Assembly (NCBI RefSeq): GCF_025526975.1
Contig: NW_026515694.1
Location: 310,001-374,000, forward strand
Direction of reading: 5' to 3'
Source of the DNA: Fimicolochytrium jonesii
Taxonomy: Eukaryota
Length of the DNA: 64,000 nucleotides
In this document: positions 62,650-64,000 of the stretch, one piece after another
Position numbering within the stretch: the stretch's first letter is position 1
How the letters are laid out: every line of letters begins with the position of its first letter
Notes under the pieces: model-generated
Told to the model about the DNA's origin: nothing
The model's input: the letters and a program-made list of their open reading frames with translations, nothing else
Database searches by the model: none
Program-made: the position numbers and the translations under genes

Positions 62650-63546
62650 AATCCTACCTCTTGTCACTCCGCTTACATGTATTCACCCCATTGTATAACC
62701 AATCTAATGATGCCAGTGGGCCTATCAAGAAAACATATGCAAAATTCCACGTTGATGTTGCGGCCTAGGCCCCAGCTCCACAACAGTCCTCATCTGCGAT
62801 TGCCGGCGGGGTTTGGCGCTGATAGTGTGCTGTACAGACGGTCTGAGTAGTTCCGCCTTAAGAAGTGACGACTTTCGAGAAACACTGACAGCATCGACAA
62901 TTGAAATACGGAGTGAAATACGACAGCGCGTGGAAAGTCCCCGCCCAGAAACTTGTTCCCCACACCTTCCGCAATCTCTCGAGCCTACAGACGAGTTCCT
63001 CTTTTGCATCAGGCTTGTGGAGGAGTTCCAGTTGCTGCGGAGACATGTTCCTTCCTCGAAACGAGTCTGACAGGAGAGACGTCAAGATCTGCTCCGAAAG
63101 AGGTCGATTTTGAGGTTGAGTGAAGGCTGAGCATCGGGAGCGCTCCGACTTGCAACTAGCGGGGGTATGTCTGACTTCGAACTTGTGGGGACGCGGCTGA
63201 GATCACTTCGCCATGTGCGCCTTGAACAACCAGGCTTGTTGATCGTCACTGTTTCCAGATAACCGCCTATATATATTGTACAATCATATATTGATCCGAT
63301 AGTGCCATGAGGCGTGTGACGGGAAGCAGACGGTAAAGAGCTTGCAACGCTCTATATTCTGCGGTAAGGTTACCCTAGGGTAACCCGAACCGAAGGCCCC
63401 GCTATTGAAACATTTGCAAACGATTTTCAAAGCTACATAGCGCGTTGATCGTCCATGATGAGGGAGGATGGCGCTGCTGGCGGAGTAAAGCGCAAAGGAA
63501 CCAGTAACCGTACAGCCAGGTCTGGCGCAACTGTGCTACAACGAAT

Positions 63547-63961
63547 TCAGTCCCGCTCCCCTCTGAGAGTCTTCAAAGCCGTCCGGTCGCGCACATCGAT
63601 ACCCATAGTCCGCGCTTTGAGCTTCATGTTCACATCGTCCGTGACAAGCACGACCGGACTGACGTTCTTGGGCTGTCGCGCGTTCTGCATAAAGTACCAG
63701 CAGCATTGCAGGATCACATCGTCGTTATTCTTCTTCCTCTCATGCGCAGATTCCTGCGTTGTCCAGTCCTCGGTGCGGATACGTAGGTCGTGGAGGAAGT
63801 TGCCTTGGCTAGTCTGCAGTTTTAGCCAGGCTTTGCGGCGAACGGAGCGTTCCGACTCCATGCCTGTTCCGAACTCAGTGTCCAAGAACTGTACCGCTCG
63901 CTTGGCGGCTAGTCCTACGTCGTCATCGCTATTTTTCAGTCCATCGAGTTCGCTGACGACT
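63547..63961 (-). CDS. 3' exon of a PIN-domain nuclease gene (SMG6/EST1-like), truncated by the window end
   Basis: ELDGLK...AKRAVQFL...QTSQGN...NNDDVILQCC...VVLVTDDVNMKLKARTMGI; acceptor near 63962. Confidence 0.8.
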
Positions 63962-64000
63962 GCAGTGGGTACAGGAAATTAGGAGATGGCAACGATTACG

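Noticed and set aside
62700..63300. Short ORFs on both strands
   Set aside because: No consistent gene model or recognisable domain.

Overview
Gene-dense eukaryotic DNA with short (mostly 60-90 nt) GT-AG introns, most consistent with a zoosporic (flagellated) fungus such as a chytrid (inferred from fungal-type genes plus flagellar genes). About 19 genes are supported: an Elongin-A/F-box-like protein, ATG6/Beclin, a SAM methyltransferase-like protein, HYDIN (~4764 aa, 7 exons), DLEC1/CFAP81, a divergent centrin, a GAF-GAF-PAS-class III cyclase-TPR protein, BRE1, CSN3, a TALPID3-like protein, an LSM protein (Naa38/Mak31-like), Gemin7, SWR1, kinesin-2, a kynurenine formamidase-like hydrolase, an uncharacterised protein, a subtilisin, a DUF726 protein and the 3' end of a SMG6-like PIN gene. 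The most striking item is the cyclase: it has the cyanobacterial CyaB architecture, but every canonical catalytic position is substituted (a likely cyclic-nucleotide-sensing pseudo-cyclase), and it lies head-to-head with the centrin gene at the end of a HYDIN-DLEC1-centrin flagellar run. A small GCGAGCG(G/A)AGCGAGC-type element occupies the two longest introns. All family calls come from motif recognition; no database search was run.
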